A stretch of 64,000 nucleotides of DNA from contig NC_090384.1 in NCBI RefSeq assembly GCF_036365525.1, positions 55,239,895-55,303,894 of the forward strand, read 5' to 3'. The stretch is from Heterodontus francisci. Taxonomy: Eukaryota. Positions 24,331 to 38,039 of the stretch are shown here, one piece after another. Position 1 is the first letter of the stretch; the number at the start of each line of letters is the position of its first letter. The notes beneath the pieces were generated by a model. It did not search any database. It saw only the letters and a program-made list of their open reading frames with translations, and was not told the origin of the DNA. A program made the translations under genes and the position numbers.

Positions 24331-26232
24331 CTGCCAACACATAAGGGAGGCAGAGGAGTATTTGGAGAGTTTGCTCCAGAGCTCAGGCACACCGTGTAGA
24401 GAGGTCCAGAATCAGAATTGGTTAAGCGTGACCGATAGTTTACGGAGTACGCAGAAGCAAGCTGATACAGAGAACTTACCCAGAAACTGATGCTCTCCAA
24501 TAGATACAATGTACTTGTCACATGTGCAGATAAGGATAAAAAGTGTCGAAAGGACAGCCAGAATGCTGATCACAGCACCCTGAAGCAGAAGGGAGGAGGT
24601 AGGGAAACATAATGTGCTACTTGTAAGGAATTCAATAATTAGGAGGACGGATAGCATGCTTTGAAAGCAGGATCAACAGCTCCACGTGCTATATTGCTTA
24701 CCTGGTGCCAAGGTGAGCAGGATGAGAGACATTTCAAACTGGACTAAAAGGACATTAGAAGGGGGAAGGATCCAGTCACTGTGATCTGATTGTTGGGACC
24801 AACAACATAGCCAAGGAGTAGACAAGGATCGAAATGAAAAAACTGAACCTCAGGGGTTACAACCTCTGGATTATTACCAAAGCCATGTGAAAATTAGCAG
24901 AGGGATAAGCAGATTAGGGAGGTGAATACATGGCTGAAGGAGTGGTATGGGAATGAAGAGTCCCATTTCAAGGGACACTGGCACAGTACTGGGACATGAA
25001 GGAAATGTTTTGTTGCAATGGACTCCACTTGAACTGGGCTGGGACAAAGATATAGGGGTGATCACAAGAACTTTAAACTTGTAATTTTAGCAAACTGGAG
25101 TGGGGTGGCAGGGATAGGGGTCAGGTGGAAAAACTAGTAGAAATAATAATTCTAAAACAAATAAAAAGGTAGAGAATAGAATAGTCAGAAATTATGCTAG
25201 GCACTACATGTAAAGGGACAACTAAAAGATGTAAAGCCATTAAATCAGGAGATTAATAAATAAATGTGTGAGAAAAACAACATTAGAACAGCAGGAAAGG
25301 TTAGGACCCAAATAAGTGTTCTTATACAAACTCAGAGTATAAGGAACAACATGAATGAATTGCAGGTGCAAATTTATTTAGAGAGTATGACATGGTAGCC
25401 ATTACTGAGACATGGCTGCAAGACTGTCAGAACTGAGAACTGAAGCAGGTTATAAGTTCTACAGAAAGATAGGGAATATGATAGAGGTGGAAGAGTAGTA
25501 TTATTGATTATGAAACTACTTCTATGAAAGGAGAGGATATAATGAGAAGTAAACAGATAGTGGAGACTTTAGGGGTAGAATTAATAAAAGACTTTAAGAC
25601 TGTAGTGAGACTTGTGTGTAGGAACTCTGCTGACAACTGTGAAGTGGCAGGATGTATTGATGTAAAGACAAGATATAGTAAAGGCTTTAGTAGGGATTTT
25701 TAAACTTCCATATCAATTGTGATAAGCAGACAAGCTCATGTCAGAAAGAATTAATTTCCAGAGCGCGTTCAGGAGAGCTTTCCACAATATGTCCTACAAC
25801 CAATGAGGGAGGGGGGCAGGGGTACGACAGGCCTAATTATATTTGGTAATGAGCAATGACCCAGATTTAGTTAACAGCCTACTGGTATGTGACTATTTAT
25901 CTGTTGCAACCATAATATGATTGAGTTCAATGTTGTGCTTCAACAGAGAAACATGAAACAGATACTGAGATTCTAGATTTAGGTAAGGCCGACTTCATCG
26001 GGATGTGACGCTGATCATTGTAAACCGGGCAAATATGGTACTGGGTAAAATGACAAAAGATCATTGGGAGGTGTGCAAAAAAAAATTCAATATGATGCAC
26101 TGAGCAAGAGCTCGACTTGCCATGGAAAACTAAAAGGGTAAGGACAACATAAAAGAATGAAAAATAAAGCATACAAGAATGCAAAAAACAGCACTGATCC
26201 TGGTGAATGGGAGAACAGCAAAGGATAACAAA

Positions 26233-27535
26233 TGGACTTATTAGCGAGAGGCAGCATGGTTTTGTGAAGGGGAGATTGTGCCTCACTAATTTGATTGAGT
26301 TTTTTGAGGAAGTGACAAAGATGATTGATGAAGGAAGGGCAATGGATGTTATCTATATGGACTTCAGTAAAGCCTTTGACAAGGTCCCGCATGGCAGACT
26401 GATACAAAAGGTGAAGTCACATGGGATCAGAGGGGAGCTGGCAAGATGGATACGGAACTGGCTCGGTCATAGAAGACAGAGGGTAGCAGTGGATGGGTGC
26501 TTTTCTGAATGGAGGGATGTGACTAGTGGTGTTCTGCAGGGATCAGTGCTGGGACCTTTGCTGTTTGTAGTATATATAAATGATTTGGAGGAAAATGTAG
26601 CTGGTCTGATTAGTAAGTTTGCGGACGACACAAAGGTTGGTGGAGTTACGGACAGTGATGAGGATTGTCCGAGGATACAGCAGGATATAGATCGGTTGGA
26701 GACTTGGGCGGAGAAATGGCAGATGGAGTTTAATTCGGACAAATGTGAGGTAATGCATTTTGGAAGGTCTAATGCAGGTGGGAAGTATACAGTAAATGGC
26801 AGAACCCTTTGGAGTATTGACAGGCAGAGAGATCTGGGCGTACAGGTCCACAGGTCACTGAAAGTGGCAACGCAGGTGGATAAGGTAGTCAAGAAGGCAT
26901 ACGGCATGCTTGCCTTCATCGGTTGGGGCATAGAGTATAAAACTTGGCAAGTCATGTTGCAGCTGTACAGAACTTTAGTTAGGCCACACTTAGAATATTG
27001 TGTGCAATTCTGGTCGCCACACTACCAGAAGGACGTGGAGGCTTTGGAGAGGGTACAGAAGAGGTTTACCAGGATGTTGCCTGGTCTGGAGGGCATTAGC
27101 TATGAGGAGAGGTTGGATAGACTCGGATTGTTTTCACTGGAACGACGGAGGTGGAGGGGCGACATGAAAGAGGTTTACAAAGTTATAAGCGTCATGGACA
27201 GAGTGGATAGTCAGAAGCTTTTTCCCAGGGTGAAAGTCAGTTACTAGGGGACATAGGTTTAAGGTGCGAGGGGCAAAGTTTAGAGGGGATGTGCGAGGCA
27301 AGTTCTTTACACAGATGGTGGCGAGTGCCTGGAACTTGTTGCCGGGGGAGGTGGTGGAAGCAGGTACCATAGAGACGTTTAAGAGGCATCTTGACAAATA
27401 CATGAATAGGATGGGAATAGAGGAATACGGACCCCGTAAGTGCAGAAGGTTTTAGTTTAGGCAGGCATCAAGATCGGCGCAGGCTTGGAGGGCCGAATGG
27501 CCTGTTCCTGTGCTGTACTGTTCTTTGTTTGTTCT
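26233..27535 (+). mobile_element. Young 5'-truncated CR1 insertion with a long open RT segment and 8-bp TSD
   Basis: 346-aa ORF with [30 protein letters not shown]; CR1 3' tail; direct repeat ATAACAAA at 26225-26232 and 27536-27543. Confidence 0.9.
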
Positions 27536-28998
27536 ATAACAAAACAGATAATAAGAGCTTCAAAAAGTGTGTATGAAAAGAAACTTGCAAAGGATACCAA
27601 AATCAACACAAACAACTTTTACTATTATTTTAGGGAAAAGAGGGTGGTTAAGTGTAATGTGGCCCCCTTAAGAAATAGCAATGGTGACATTATAAATGAA
27701 AATAAGAAAATGGCAGACATGTTAGAGAATTACTGTCAATTTTTCCAGTACAGGAAAATTCTGGATATCCCATGAAGCAAATATTGAATCAGAGACAGGA
27801 ACTCATTAATGCAAGGAAGAAAATAATGGCACTAATGAGTGACAATTCCCCGGGACCAGAGATTTAAAGAAAGTCGGTGACAACATTGTCATTGCCCTAA
27901 CTTTAATCTTCCAAAGTCCTCTCAATTCAGGAACCACTCCTTTAGATTAGAAAATTGCACATGTTACTGCGCTATTTAAGGAAGGTGAGAGAGGGAAACC
28001 AGGGAATTAAAAAGACTGGTTAATCTAATATCTATTGTCGGGAAATTACTACAATCTATAATTAAGGATGGAGTGACTGAATACCTCGAAAATTTTCAAC
28101 TGATCAAAGAGAGCCACGTGGACTTGTGTCTGACAAACCAGTTTAAATTTTTTGAAGAGGTGACTAAAGTAGAGGACAGGGAATGTCTTTGGATATTATT
28201 TACATTGATGTCTAGAAGACATTCAATAAATTGCTTCATGGAATTGAGAGCAAATTATTGACCTGGCTAGGAGATTAGCTGAGTGACATGAGACAAAGAA
28301 TAGGGCTAATGGACAGATACTCAAATTGTCAGGATGTGATTTGTGGCGTCCCATAGGGATCGGTGTTAGTGCCTCAACTATTTACAGTATTTATTAGATG
28401 ATCTGATAGACAGCCACATATCCAAGTTTGTTGATGACACAAAAAAGGCAGCATTGGAAGCAGTGTAGATGGTAGCATAAAGTTACAAAGATATTAATAG
28501 ATTAAGTGAATGGGTAAAACTGTGCAAATGGATTTCAATATAGGCAAGTGCGAGGCCATCCACTGTAGACCTAAAAAAAGATAGATCAAAGTACTTTCAA
28601 AAAGGTGAAAAGTTAGAAACAGTGGAGCTTCAAAGCGACTTGGGGTCCATGTACATAGATCATTAAGATGTCATGGGCAGGTACAAAAAATAATTAAAAA
28701 GGCTAATGGAATGCTGGTCTTTATATCAAGCTGACTAGAATACAATGTGTTAGAAGTCATGCTGCAGCTATACAAAGACCTGGTTACAACACGCGTAGAA
28801 TACTGCGTTCAGTTCTGGGCATCACACCTTAGGAAGGATATGCTAACTTTGGAGGGAGTGCAGTGTAGGTTCAGTGCAATGATACCTGGACTCAAGAGTT
28901 AAATTAAGAGATGAGATTACATAAAGTAGGACAGTATTCCCTGGAATTTAGAAGCCTGAGGGTGATCGAAGTTTTCTCAATATTAAGAGGAACTGATA

Positions 28999-29563
28999 GG
29001 GCAGGATTTTGTTCAGCCCTTGGACGCTGGCACAGAGGCGAGTGGGCAAACAAAATGGCAGGCTGTGCCATTCCCAATGTTGTCCAGGCGCCTATCATTT
29101 TGTCCATGGCAGGAAAGACCATCAATTTGCCACTTAAGGGCCTCTTGCTGCCTCCACCTCACTTTTGTTGAAGGCGAAGGGGCCCTCTGCCACAGGAAGA
29201 TGCCACCACGTAAAGCCTGGTGGCCTCCTAATGGGGTTTGGTGGGCTGGTGGGGGGACAGGGGGCCTCCTTTGGGGGCAGTCCAGGGTTCCCAGAGGGTC
29301 GTCCTGGTGGCGCTGGATGTCCCTACTGGGAAGAACCCCCCCCACCACCCCCCCCACCCTGTTGCCTGCCTGACCCCATGACCCGACTCCACTTACCTCT
29401 CCAGGGGTCTTCTCCAATATTTGTACTGCAGGTAGCTTCCGGTGGCTCTGGTAGTGGAAGATTGTCCCATAAAGGGATGGCATCCCCAACTGAGTGCAAT
29501 AAACTGCCTGCCCGCTATAAAGTAGCATAGAGGGTCCAATGAAGGGCAGGCAATTTACTGCAC
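28999..29563. mobile_element. Decayed GC-rich MITE related to the 41054 element
   Basis: Starts gggcaggatttt, ends caatttactgcac, and shares the internal gccacttaaggg motif with 41054-41723. Confidence 0.5.
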
Positions 29564-29574
29564 AGAGTCAGAGA

Positions 29575-29975
29575 TGGTAGTGGTAATGTCTCCGAGCTAG
29601 TTATCCAGAGGACCAGGCTATTATGCTGGGGACATGGGTTCAAATTCCATCACGGCAGCTGGTGGAATTTAATTCAATTAATTAATAAGTTAAGTTAGTT
29701 AATAAAATCTGGAATTGAAAGCTAGTCTCAGTAGCCTCTTTTAATGGTGCCATGAAACTACCAATTATCATTTTAAAATCCATCTGGTTCACTAACGTCC
29801 TTTAGGGAAGGAAATCTGCTGTCCTTACCTGTCTGGCCTACATGTGACTCCAGAACCACAGCAATGGGGTTGACTCTGAACTGCCCTAGAAAGCTGCTGA
29901 GTTATCAAGGGCAATTGGAAATGGGCATAAAATGCTGGCTTTGCCAGTGACGCCCACATCCCATGAAAGAATAAG
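29575..29975 (+). mobile_element. Second SINE family (tRNA-like head, tail shared with the 33846-35850 LINE); related copies at 458-1400 (+) and 50830-51150 (-)
   Basis: B-box-like gggttcaaattcc head; conserved core catctggttcactaa..ggaaggaaatctg..gactccaga..cacagcaatg; tail gggc.ataaatgctggc.ttgccagtgacgcccacatcccatgaa. Confidence 0.7.
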
Positions 29976-30385
29976 AAAGTATTGGAAGTTCATGCTAATC
30001 TGTGATCTAGTTATAAAAAAAGGACCAGAAAGTAGGAAATATAAGCACAATATATATATTTCATAAACATCAGCACTTTCTGAATTTTTGACACAAAACA
30101 TTTGCAGTAATTTTGCAGTTGTAGTTATTTAAATGTGAAAATTTGACAAAACATTCCTGTTTATAGATAAAAGCAAAATACTGCAGATGCTGTAAATCTG
30201 AAATAAAAACAGCAAGTGCTGAAAATAATCAGCAGGTCAGGCAGCATCTGTGAAGAAAGAAGCAATAGTTAATGTTTCAGCTCTGTGACCTTTCATCAAA
30301 ACACCAATTCATAGAAATATGCAGCTAACATGAAGTTTAGTACTAATGTAGTTCAGTATAGAAAAAATATGCACTGAATTCTTAC

Positions 30386-30709
30386 CTCTAAGACGTAAAA
30401 TGAAACTGGACCTTGAAGGCCTGTGTGAAGTTGGGAAATGAAGAACCTCAACTTTGAATTCCATCAGATGATATTCTGGCTTAATTAACAATTTCCATTG
30501 ACTTTCACGGTAGAAAAGACCAGTCTCTTCATCTTTTTGGGGGTCAGTAGAAATAATTCCTGGATCATCAGTTCTTTCATCATTTTTGAACCACATGAAC
30601 ATTGTTTCCTTTGGAAAGAAGCCATGTGCATAGCATACAATTGTTGCTTCTTCTCCTATCATTGGGAATTCTGGTATACTTTTTATGTATTTTACTAATG
30701 GAGGAGATA
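30386..30709 (-). CDS. NCR3LG1: Post-TM IgC1-type exon 4 (F-strand Cys replaced by Val)
   Basis: Acceptor tgttgttacag|TA, donor AGAG|gtaaga, 324 nt, phase 1-1. VSPPLVKYIKSIPEFPMIGEEATIVCYAHGFFP..W..TGLFYRESQW..MEFKVEVLH. Confidence 0.82.
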
Positions 30710-33700
30710 CTGTAACAACACAAAAAATATACCGTTAAATGTAAACTGGAGGCAACACGGAAAGATCTTCATTTCATCAATCTGGCTTGAATTGAGTGTC
30801 CATCCCAGAGATTAAAAGGCAGCACACAAATGCAATATGTTGTCTAAAAAAAACTAGTTGGTGGAATGGCCAAGAGACAGGCTATCTGGAAGTTGGTGTG
30901 TGCTGGATTTGAAGGAAGAGTGGGGGAAAAAAAAAAATCTACCAGTGACATCACAGGGAAGCCGTAAGTTGATTGGTTCAAGCGTAATTGCTGGAAATAG
31001 CAAGAAAATTAGAAAAAAAGCAGTTCTTTTTTTTTAAATAACCCTCAAGTAGCTAGCTTATAAGTGGTAAGGTTATTAGGATTACTAAGGTTTAAGTTAA
31101 TGTAATTTATTAGTAATTACTAATTAGAAAATGCTGCTTGCACACAGCGTGAAGCAAGAGTTTGATTTGTGAGGGAGTTCAATGACGAGAGGAAGGAGGT
31201 ACTCATTTGTCTCTTTCTTTTCTTCTCCTGCCTTTTCAACCTCCAGTTTTTGGTTCTAATTTCGGTACAGGGGAAGAAACTGATTGGTGAGTAACTGTTA
31301 AGTCATTCTACTTATTCCACTAAAAATAATTAACTGTAAAGTTAAGGTATGGCAGGGCAGCTCGGCAGAGTGGAGTGTGCCTCCTGTGGTATGTGGGAAG
31401 TCATGGATGCACTATGTATCATTTGCAGGAAGTGTCACTGGCTGCAGAAGCTTGAGCTCCAGAACTCGAGCTGTGGCTGGAGACACAGTGGTGCATCCAC
31501 GAGCCAGAGACCTACGTGGATAGCAAGTTTAGGGAGGTGGTCACACCGCAAGTTAGCAGCATGAAGGCAGAGAGGGAATGGGTGACTGCCTGGCAGTCTA
31601 AAAGAACCAGACAGGTAGTGGAGGAGTCCCGAGTTGATCTTACTTGCTAAGCAGTTTTCCATTTTGGATACTGGTGAAGACGATGGTTCCTCAGGGGAGT
31701 GCAGCAAGTGCCAAGCCCGTGGCACCAAGGGTGGCTCAGTTGCACAGGAGGGGAGAAAGAAGAGTGGAAGGGCTATAGTGAGAGGGGATTCGTTAGTTAG
31801 GGGAACAGACAGACGTTTATGCAGCTTTAGACGTGACTCCAGGATAGTATGTTGCCTCCCTGGTGCCAGGGTCAAGGATGTCACAAAGCAGCTGCAGAAC
31901 ATTCTTCTGGGGGAGGGTGAACATGGTCCACATTGGTACCAACGACATAGGTAGGAAGAGAGTTGAGGTCCTGAAGTAGAGGTTAGGGAGTTAGGAAAGA
32001 AATTAAAAAGCAGGACCTCAAATGCAGTAATCTCAGGGTTACTCCCAGTGCCACGTGCTAGTGAGCCTAGGAATTGGAGGACTGAGCGATTGAACCCGTG
32101 GCTGGAAAATTGGTATAGGAGGGAGGGCATCAGATTTCCGAGGCATTGGGACCTGTACAAGATGGACAGGTTTCACCTTAGCAGGACCGGAACTAAGATC
32201 CTCACAGGGAGATTTGCTAGTGCTTTTGGGGAGGATTTCAACTAAATTGGCAGGGGGTTAGAAACCTGAGAGGGAACTCAGATTGGAGGGAAGCTGAAAA
32301 GTAGTTACTGAAATTAGAAGGCAGATGAAATGAAGGCAAACATAAAGGGGGATCAAAATGAGGAATAATGTTAAGACAAAGTTAAGGGCACTCTATCTGA
32401 ATACACACAAGATTCGCAAAAGGTAGATGATTTGAAGGCAAAAATAGAGGTAAATGGGTATAATTTAATTGCCATTAGAGATGTGGTTACAGGATGACGA
32501 GGACTGGGAACTGAATATTCAAGGCTATTTTTCATTTAAGAAGGAAAGGCAGAGGTGGGGTAGCGCTGTTAATAAGGCTTGACATCAGTACATTAGTGAG
32601 AGATTGAAGGAGCAAGATGTAGAATCAGTTTGGGTGGAGCTGAGAAACAGCAAGGGGCAACAAACATTGGAGGGAGTTGTACATCGGCCACCAAACTGTA
32701 GTGGTAATATTGGGCACAGTATAAATCAGGAAATTAGAACTACATGCAGCATAGGCTATAGAATAATAATGGGCTAATTCAATTTACATACAGACTGGGT
32801 AAAGCTAATTAGCACTAATGCTGTGGAGGATGAATTCCTGGAGTGTGTACGAGATGGGTTTCTGGAGCAGTATGTTGAGGAACCAACAAGGTATCAGGCT
32901 ATTTTAGATTTATTATGTAATGAGAAAGGATTAATTAATAACCTTGCTATAAAGGAGCCATTAGGAAATAGAGATCACAGTACGATAGAATTCTACATAA
33001 AGTTTGAAGGAGATATAGTTCATTCTGAAACCAGGACAAAGGAAACTATGAAGGTATGAGGGGTAAGGTGGCTATCGTGGATTGGGAAATACATTAAAAG
33101 ATTTGACAGTAGACAGGCAATGGCTAGTATTTAAACAAGTATTACATGGTTTTCAACAAATATAAATTTCTCTAAGACACAAAAACCCAACAAGAAAGGT
33201 GAATCAACTGTGGCTAACCAAAAAAGTAAAAAATTGCATTAGGTCAAAGTAAGTGGCTTATAAAGGTTTCCAAAAACGGGGTAAGCCCGAGGATTAGGAA
33301 CAATTTAGAATCCAGCAAAGGTGGACCAAGAAACTGATAAAGAAAGGGAAAGGAGAATATGAATGCAAGCTAACAAGCTATAAATGCAGGCAGTAAAAGC
33401 TTATTTAGGTATGTGAGAAGAAAAAGATTAGCAAGGGCAAATATGGCTCCATTAGAGATAGAGACAGAAAAATTTGTGGTGAAGAATGGGGAAATGGTAG
33501 AGAAGCTAAACAAATACTCTGTGCCTGTCTTCATGGAGGAAGATGCAGAAAATCTCCCAGATATACTAGGGAACCAAGGGACCTGTAAAATGAGGAACTG
33601 AAAGAAATTAGTATCAATGAAGAGGTAGTGCTCGAAGAAGTAACTGGATTGAAAGTTGATAAATCCCCTGGACCGGATGAACTACATGCCCAGAGTATTG

Positions 33701-33845
33701 AAGGAGGTGATTACAGAGATAGTGGATGCATTGGTGGTTATCTTTCAAAATTAGATTCTGGAACAGTTCCTGCAGACTAGAAAGTAGCAAATGTAACCCC
33801 ACTATTTAAGAAGGGAGTGAGAGAGAAAACTGAGAAATACAGACC

Positions 33846-35850
33846 TTTTTTTTAAAAATTAATTCATGGGATGTGGGCATCTTTGGCTAGGCCAGCATTT
33901 ATTGCCCATCCCGAATTGCTCTTGAGAAGGTGGTGGTGAGCTGCCTTCTTGAACCGCTGCAGTCCATGTGAGGTAGGTACACCCACAGCGCTGTTAGCAA
34001 GGGAGTTCCAGGATTTTGACCCAGCGACAGTGAAGGAATGGCAATATAGTTCCAAGTTAGGATGGTGTGTGGCTTGGAGGGGAACTTGCAGGTGATGGTG
34101 TTCCCATGCATTGGCTGCCCTTGTCCTTCGAGGTGGTAGAGGTCACGGGTTTGGAAGGTGCTGTCGAAGGAGCCTTGGTGTGTTGCTGCAGTGCATCTTG
34201 TAAACTGTACACACTCCGCCACTGTGCATCGGTGGTGGAGGGAGTGAATGTTTGTGGATGGGGTGCCAATCAAGTGGGCTGCTTTGTCCTGGATGGTGTC
34301 GAGCTTCTTGAGTGTTGTTGGAGCTGCACCCATCTAGGCAAGTGGAGAGTACTCCATCACACTCCTGACTTATGCCTTATAGATGGTGGACAGGCTTTGG
34401 GAAGTCATATAATGAGTCACTTGCTGCAGGATTCCTAGCCTCTGACCTGCTCTTGTAGCCACGGTGTTTATATGGCTACTTCAGTTCAGTTTCTGGTCAA
34501 TGGTAGCCCCTAGGATGTTGATGTGGCGGGATTCAGCGATGGTAATGCCATTGAAGGTCAAGGGGATATGGTTAGATTCTCTCTTGTTGGAGATGGTCAT
34601 TCCCTGGCACTTAAGTGGCAAGTAACATTCGCGCCACACATCAGCCCAAGCCTGGATATTGTCCAGGTCTTGCTGCATTTTTGCACGGACTGCTTTAGTA
34701 CCTGAGGAGTTGCGAATGGTGCTGAACATTGTGTAATCGTCAGTGAACATCCCCACTTCTGACCTTATGATTGAAGGAAGGTCATTGATGAAGCAGCTAA
34801 AGATGGTTGGGCCTCAGGCACGACCCTGAGGAACTCCTGCAGTGGTGTCCTGAAGCTCAGATGATTGACCTCCAACAACTAAAACCATCTTCCTTTGCAC
34901 TAGGTATGATTCCAACCAGCGGACAGTTTCCCCCCCGATTCCCATTGACTCCAGTTTTGCTAGGGCTCCTTGATGCCACCCTCGGTCAAATGCTGCCTTG
35001 ATGTCAAGGGCAGTCACTCTCTCCTCACCTCGAGTTCATCTCTTTCACCCACATTTGAAACAAAGCTGTGATGAGGTCAGGAGCTGAGTGGCCCTGGCAG
35101 AACCCAAACTGAGCATCACAGAGCAGGTTATTGCTAAGCAAGTGCTGCTTGATGGCACTATTGATGACACCTTCCATCACTTTTCTGATGATTGAGAGTA
35201 GACTGATGGGGAAGTAATTGGCCAGGTTGGACTTAGAGAGTCAGAGAGATACAGCACTGAAATAGGCCCTTCGGCCCACCGAGTTTGTGCCAACCATCAA
35301 CCACCCATTTATACTAATCCTACATTAATCCCATATTCCCTACCACATCTCCACCTTCCCTCAATTTTCCTACCACCTACCTACACTAGGGGCAATTTAC
35401 AATGGCCAATTTATCTATCAACCTGCAAGTCATTGGCTGTGGGAGGAAACCGGAGCACCTGGCAGAAACCCACATGGTCACAGGGAGAACTTGCAAACTC
35501 CGCACAGGCAGTATCCAGAACTGAACCCGGGTCACTGGAGCTGTGAGGCTGCGGTGCTAACCACAGCGCCACTATGCCGCCCCTTGTCCTGCTTTTTATG
35601 TACAGGACATACCTGGGCAATTTTTCACATTGCAAGGTAGATGCCAGTGTTGTAGTTGTACGGGGGCTAGGGGTGCGGCAAGTTCTGGAGCACAGGTCTT
35701 TAGTACTATTGCTGGAAAATTGTCAGGGCCCATAGCCTTTGCAATATCCAGTGCTTTCAGTCATTTCTTGATATCACGCAGAGTGAATCGAATTGGCTGA
35801 AGTCTGGCATCTGTGATGCTGGGGACTTCAGGAGGCCGCCAAGATGGATC
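33846..35850 (-). mobile_element. 5'-truncated LINE of a second CR1/L2-clade family nested in CR1
   Basis: RT fragments TALDIKAAFDRGWHQG..GVPQG and MFTDDYTMFSTI; 3' end (minus) caataaatgctggcc..cccacatcccatgaa followed by an A-rich tail at 33846-33865. Confidence 0.8.
35235..35582 (-). mobile_element. HE1-type V-SINE (third level of nesting: SINE in LINE in CR1)
   Basis: Reverse complement of the HE1 copies above. Confidence 0.85.
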
Positions 35851-37284
35851 ATCAGTTAGTTTGATGTCAGCAATAGGGAAAATGTTAGAATCCATTATAA
35901 AGGACGTGATAACTAGACACTTGGAAAATAATATGATTGAGCAGAGTCAACGTGGATGTATGAAAGGGAAATCATGCTTGACAAACCTGTCAGAGTTTTT
36001 TTGAGGATGTTACTTGTAGCACAGATAAAGGAGAACCAGTGGATATAGTGTATTTGGATTTTCAGAAGGCATTTGATAAGGTCCCACACAAGAGGATAGT
36101 CAACAAAATTAGAGCACATGGGATTGGGGAGGTAACATACTGCTATGGATTGAAAATTGGCTAACAAACAGAAAGCAGAGAGTAGGAATAAACAGGTCAT
36201 TCTCAGGATGACAGGCTGTTACTAGTGGGGTACTACAAGAATCAATGCTTCAGAGACAGCTGTTCACAATCTATATAAATGATCTGGATGTGTGGACCAA
36301 CTGTAATATTTTCAATTTGGCTGATGACACAAAACTAGATGAGAATGGAAGTTGTGAGGAGACTTCAAGGGGATTTGGACAGGCTAATTGAATAGGCAAG
36401 AACATGGCGGATGGAATATAATGTGAATAAGTGTGAAGTTATCCACTCTGGCAGAAAAAAAAACAGAAAGGCAGAGTATTTCTTAAATGGTGAGAGATTG
36501 GGAAGTGTTGATGACCAAAGGGACCTGGGTGTCCTTGTTCATGAGTCACTAAAAGCAAGCAATTAGGAAGGCAAATGCTATGTTGGCCTTCATTACAAAG
36601 GGCTTTGAGTACAGGAGTAAAGATGTCGTGCTGCAATTGTGTTGAGTCTTGGTGAGACTGGAGTACTGTGTACAGTTTTGGTCTCCTTATCTAAAAGGAA
36701 GATATACTGGCCATAGAGGGAGTGCAATGAAGGTTCACCAGACTAATCCCTGTGATGGCAGGACTGTCTTACGTGGAGAGATTGCAGAAACTGGGCCTGT
36801 ATTCTTTAGAGTTTCGAAGAATGAGAGGTGATCTCATTGAAACTTACAAAATTCTTACAGGGCATAACAGGGTAGATATGGATAGGATGTTTCCTCCGGC
36901 TGGTGAGTCTAGAACCAGGGACTTAGTCTCAGAATAAGGGGTAGGCCATTTAAGACTGAGATGAGGAGGAATTTCTTTACTCAAAAGGTGTGAATCTTTG
37001 GAATTCTCTACCCTAGAGGGCTGTGGAAGCTCATTGAGCATGTTCAAGACTGAAATTAATTGATTTCTGGATACTAATGACATCAAGCGATATGGGGATA
37101 GTGGGGGAACAATGGTGTAGAGGTCGGTGATCAGCCATATGTTTGAATGGTGGTTGAGCCGAATGGCCTACTCCCGCTCCTATTTCCTATGTTCCTAACA
37201 AAACCAACTACATATGAATAGTGTTCCAAAATAAACATTAGAATATTTTAATATAATAATGTCAATATAAAACATTTTACTTAC

Positions 37285-37596
37285 CCAAAGGAGCTAGTTC
37301 ACATGCAGTCTTTCTGGACTCTGTGATACTTTTGTGCTGGAATTCACAAGTCAACATCTTGCCAAAATCTTCCCTAACAGGTGTGAATTTCAGACGACTT
37401 GTAAAATAATAAAGGCCATCCTTTCCGAGGACTGCTTCAGTATCAGCATTCATTACCTCCAATATGATACCATCCTTTTTCCAAATAACTTTAATATCTT
37501 TTGGAAAGAAGGAATATATTCTACAAGATGCACATGCACGTTCATCTACAATTGGAGCTTCTGGTGTCAGTTTTATATCATCACATTTTGGGATAG
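37285..37596 (-). CDS. NCR3LG1: Post-TM IgC1-type exon 3 (both canonical Cys present)
   Basis: Acceptor ctttcctcag|CT, donor TTGG|gtaagt, 312 nt, phase 1-1. AIPKCDDIKLTP..ASCRIYSFFPKDIKVIW..DGLYYFTSRL..LTCEFQHKSI. Confidence 0.85.
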
Positions 37597-38039
37597 CTGA
37601 GGAAAGATGGAGAATTTTGATAGCATTGAACAGTGAAATATCTGCAGCAATATTTTTAAAACTGATTTTGGATTGAATCATTCAAAAGAAGCATAACAGT
37701 TTAAGCAGAAACAGACTTCAGCTCGACAACTTTACAAACTACAGTGCAAATGTTTGGTTTTAATTATACATCTGTATTGTCATCCCTTCACAAAATCCAA
37801 CAAATAGCTACTAACCATTCTATCACTGGATAGGCCCATTAGCTGCACCTTACTGATCATTTCTGAAAGTACCCTTGGAGGGCCGAAGGGCCTGTTCCTG
37901 TGCTGTAATTATCTTTGTACCCACACTAGAAGGGATATCCTAACTTCACCCTCATTATTCTACCCTGGGATCCACAGAATCTATCAATAAGCATTCCGAT
38001 GAAAGGTCACAGACATGAAACGTTAACTCTTTCTCTATG

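Larger units (their letters stand above)
23790..28995 (+). mobile_element. Old, heavily decayed full-length CR1 LINE with nested SINE and nested younger CR1
   Basis: ORF1 remnants (CQDCSMWE-like near 23850, esterase near 24600-25080), endonuclease (gtagccattactgagacatggctg near 25395), RT remnants at 27540-28990. Confidence 0.75.
30900..37200 (+). mobile_element. Degenerate full-length CR1 LINE with nested insertions
   Basis: ORF1 MAGQLGRVECASCGMWE and GRAIVRGDSLVRG; endonuclease and RT remnants; 3' tail (cctactcccgctcctatttcctatgttcc) near 37165-37197. Confidence 0.85.

Noticed and set aside
26207-27247. 346-aa and 355-aa (62385-63452) ORFs as host genes or domesticated RTs
   Set aside because: Ordinary CR1 ORF2 fragments within frameshifted or TSD-flanked elements.
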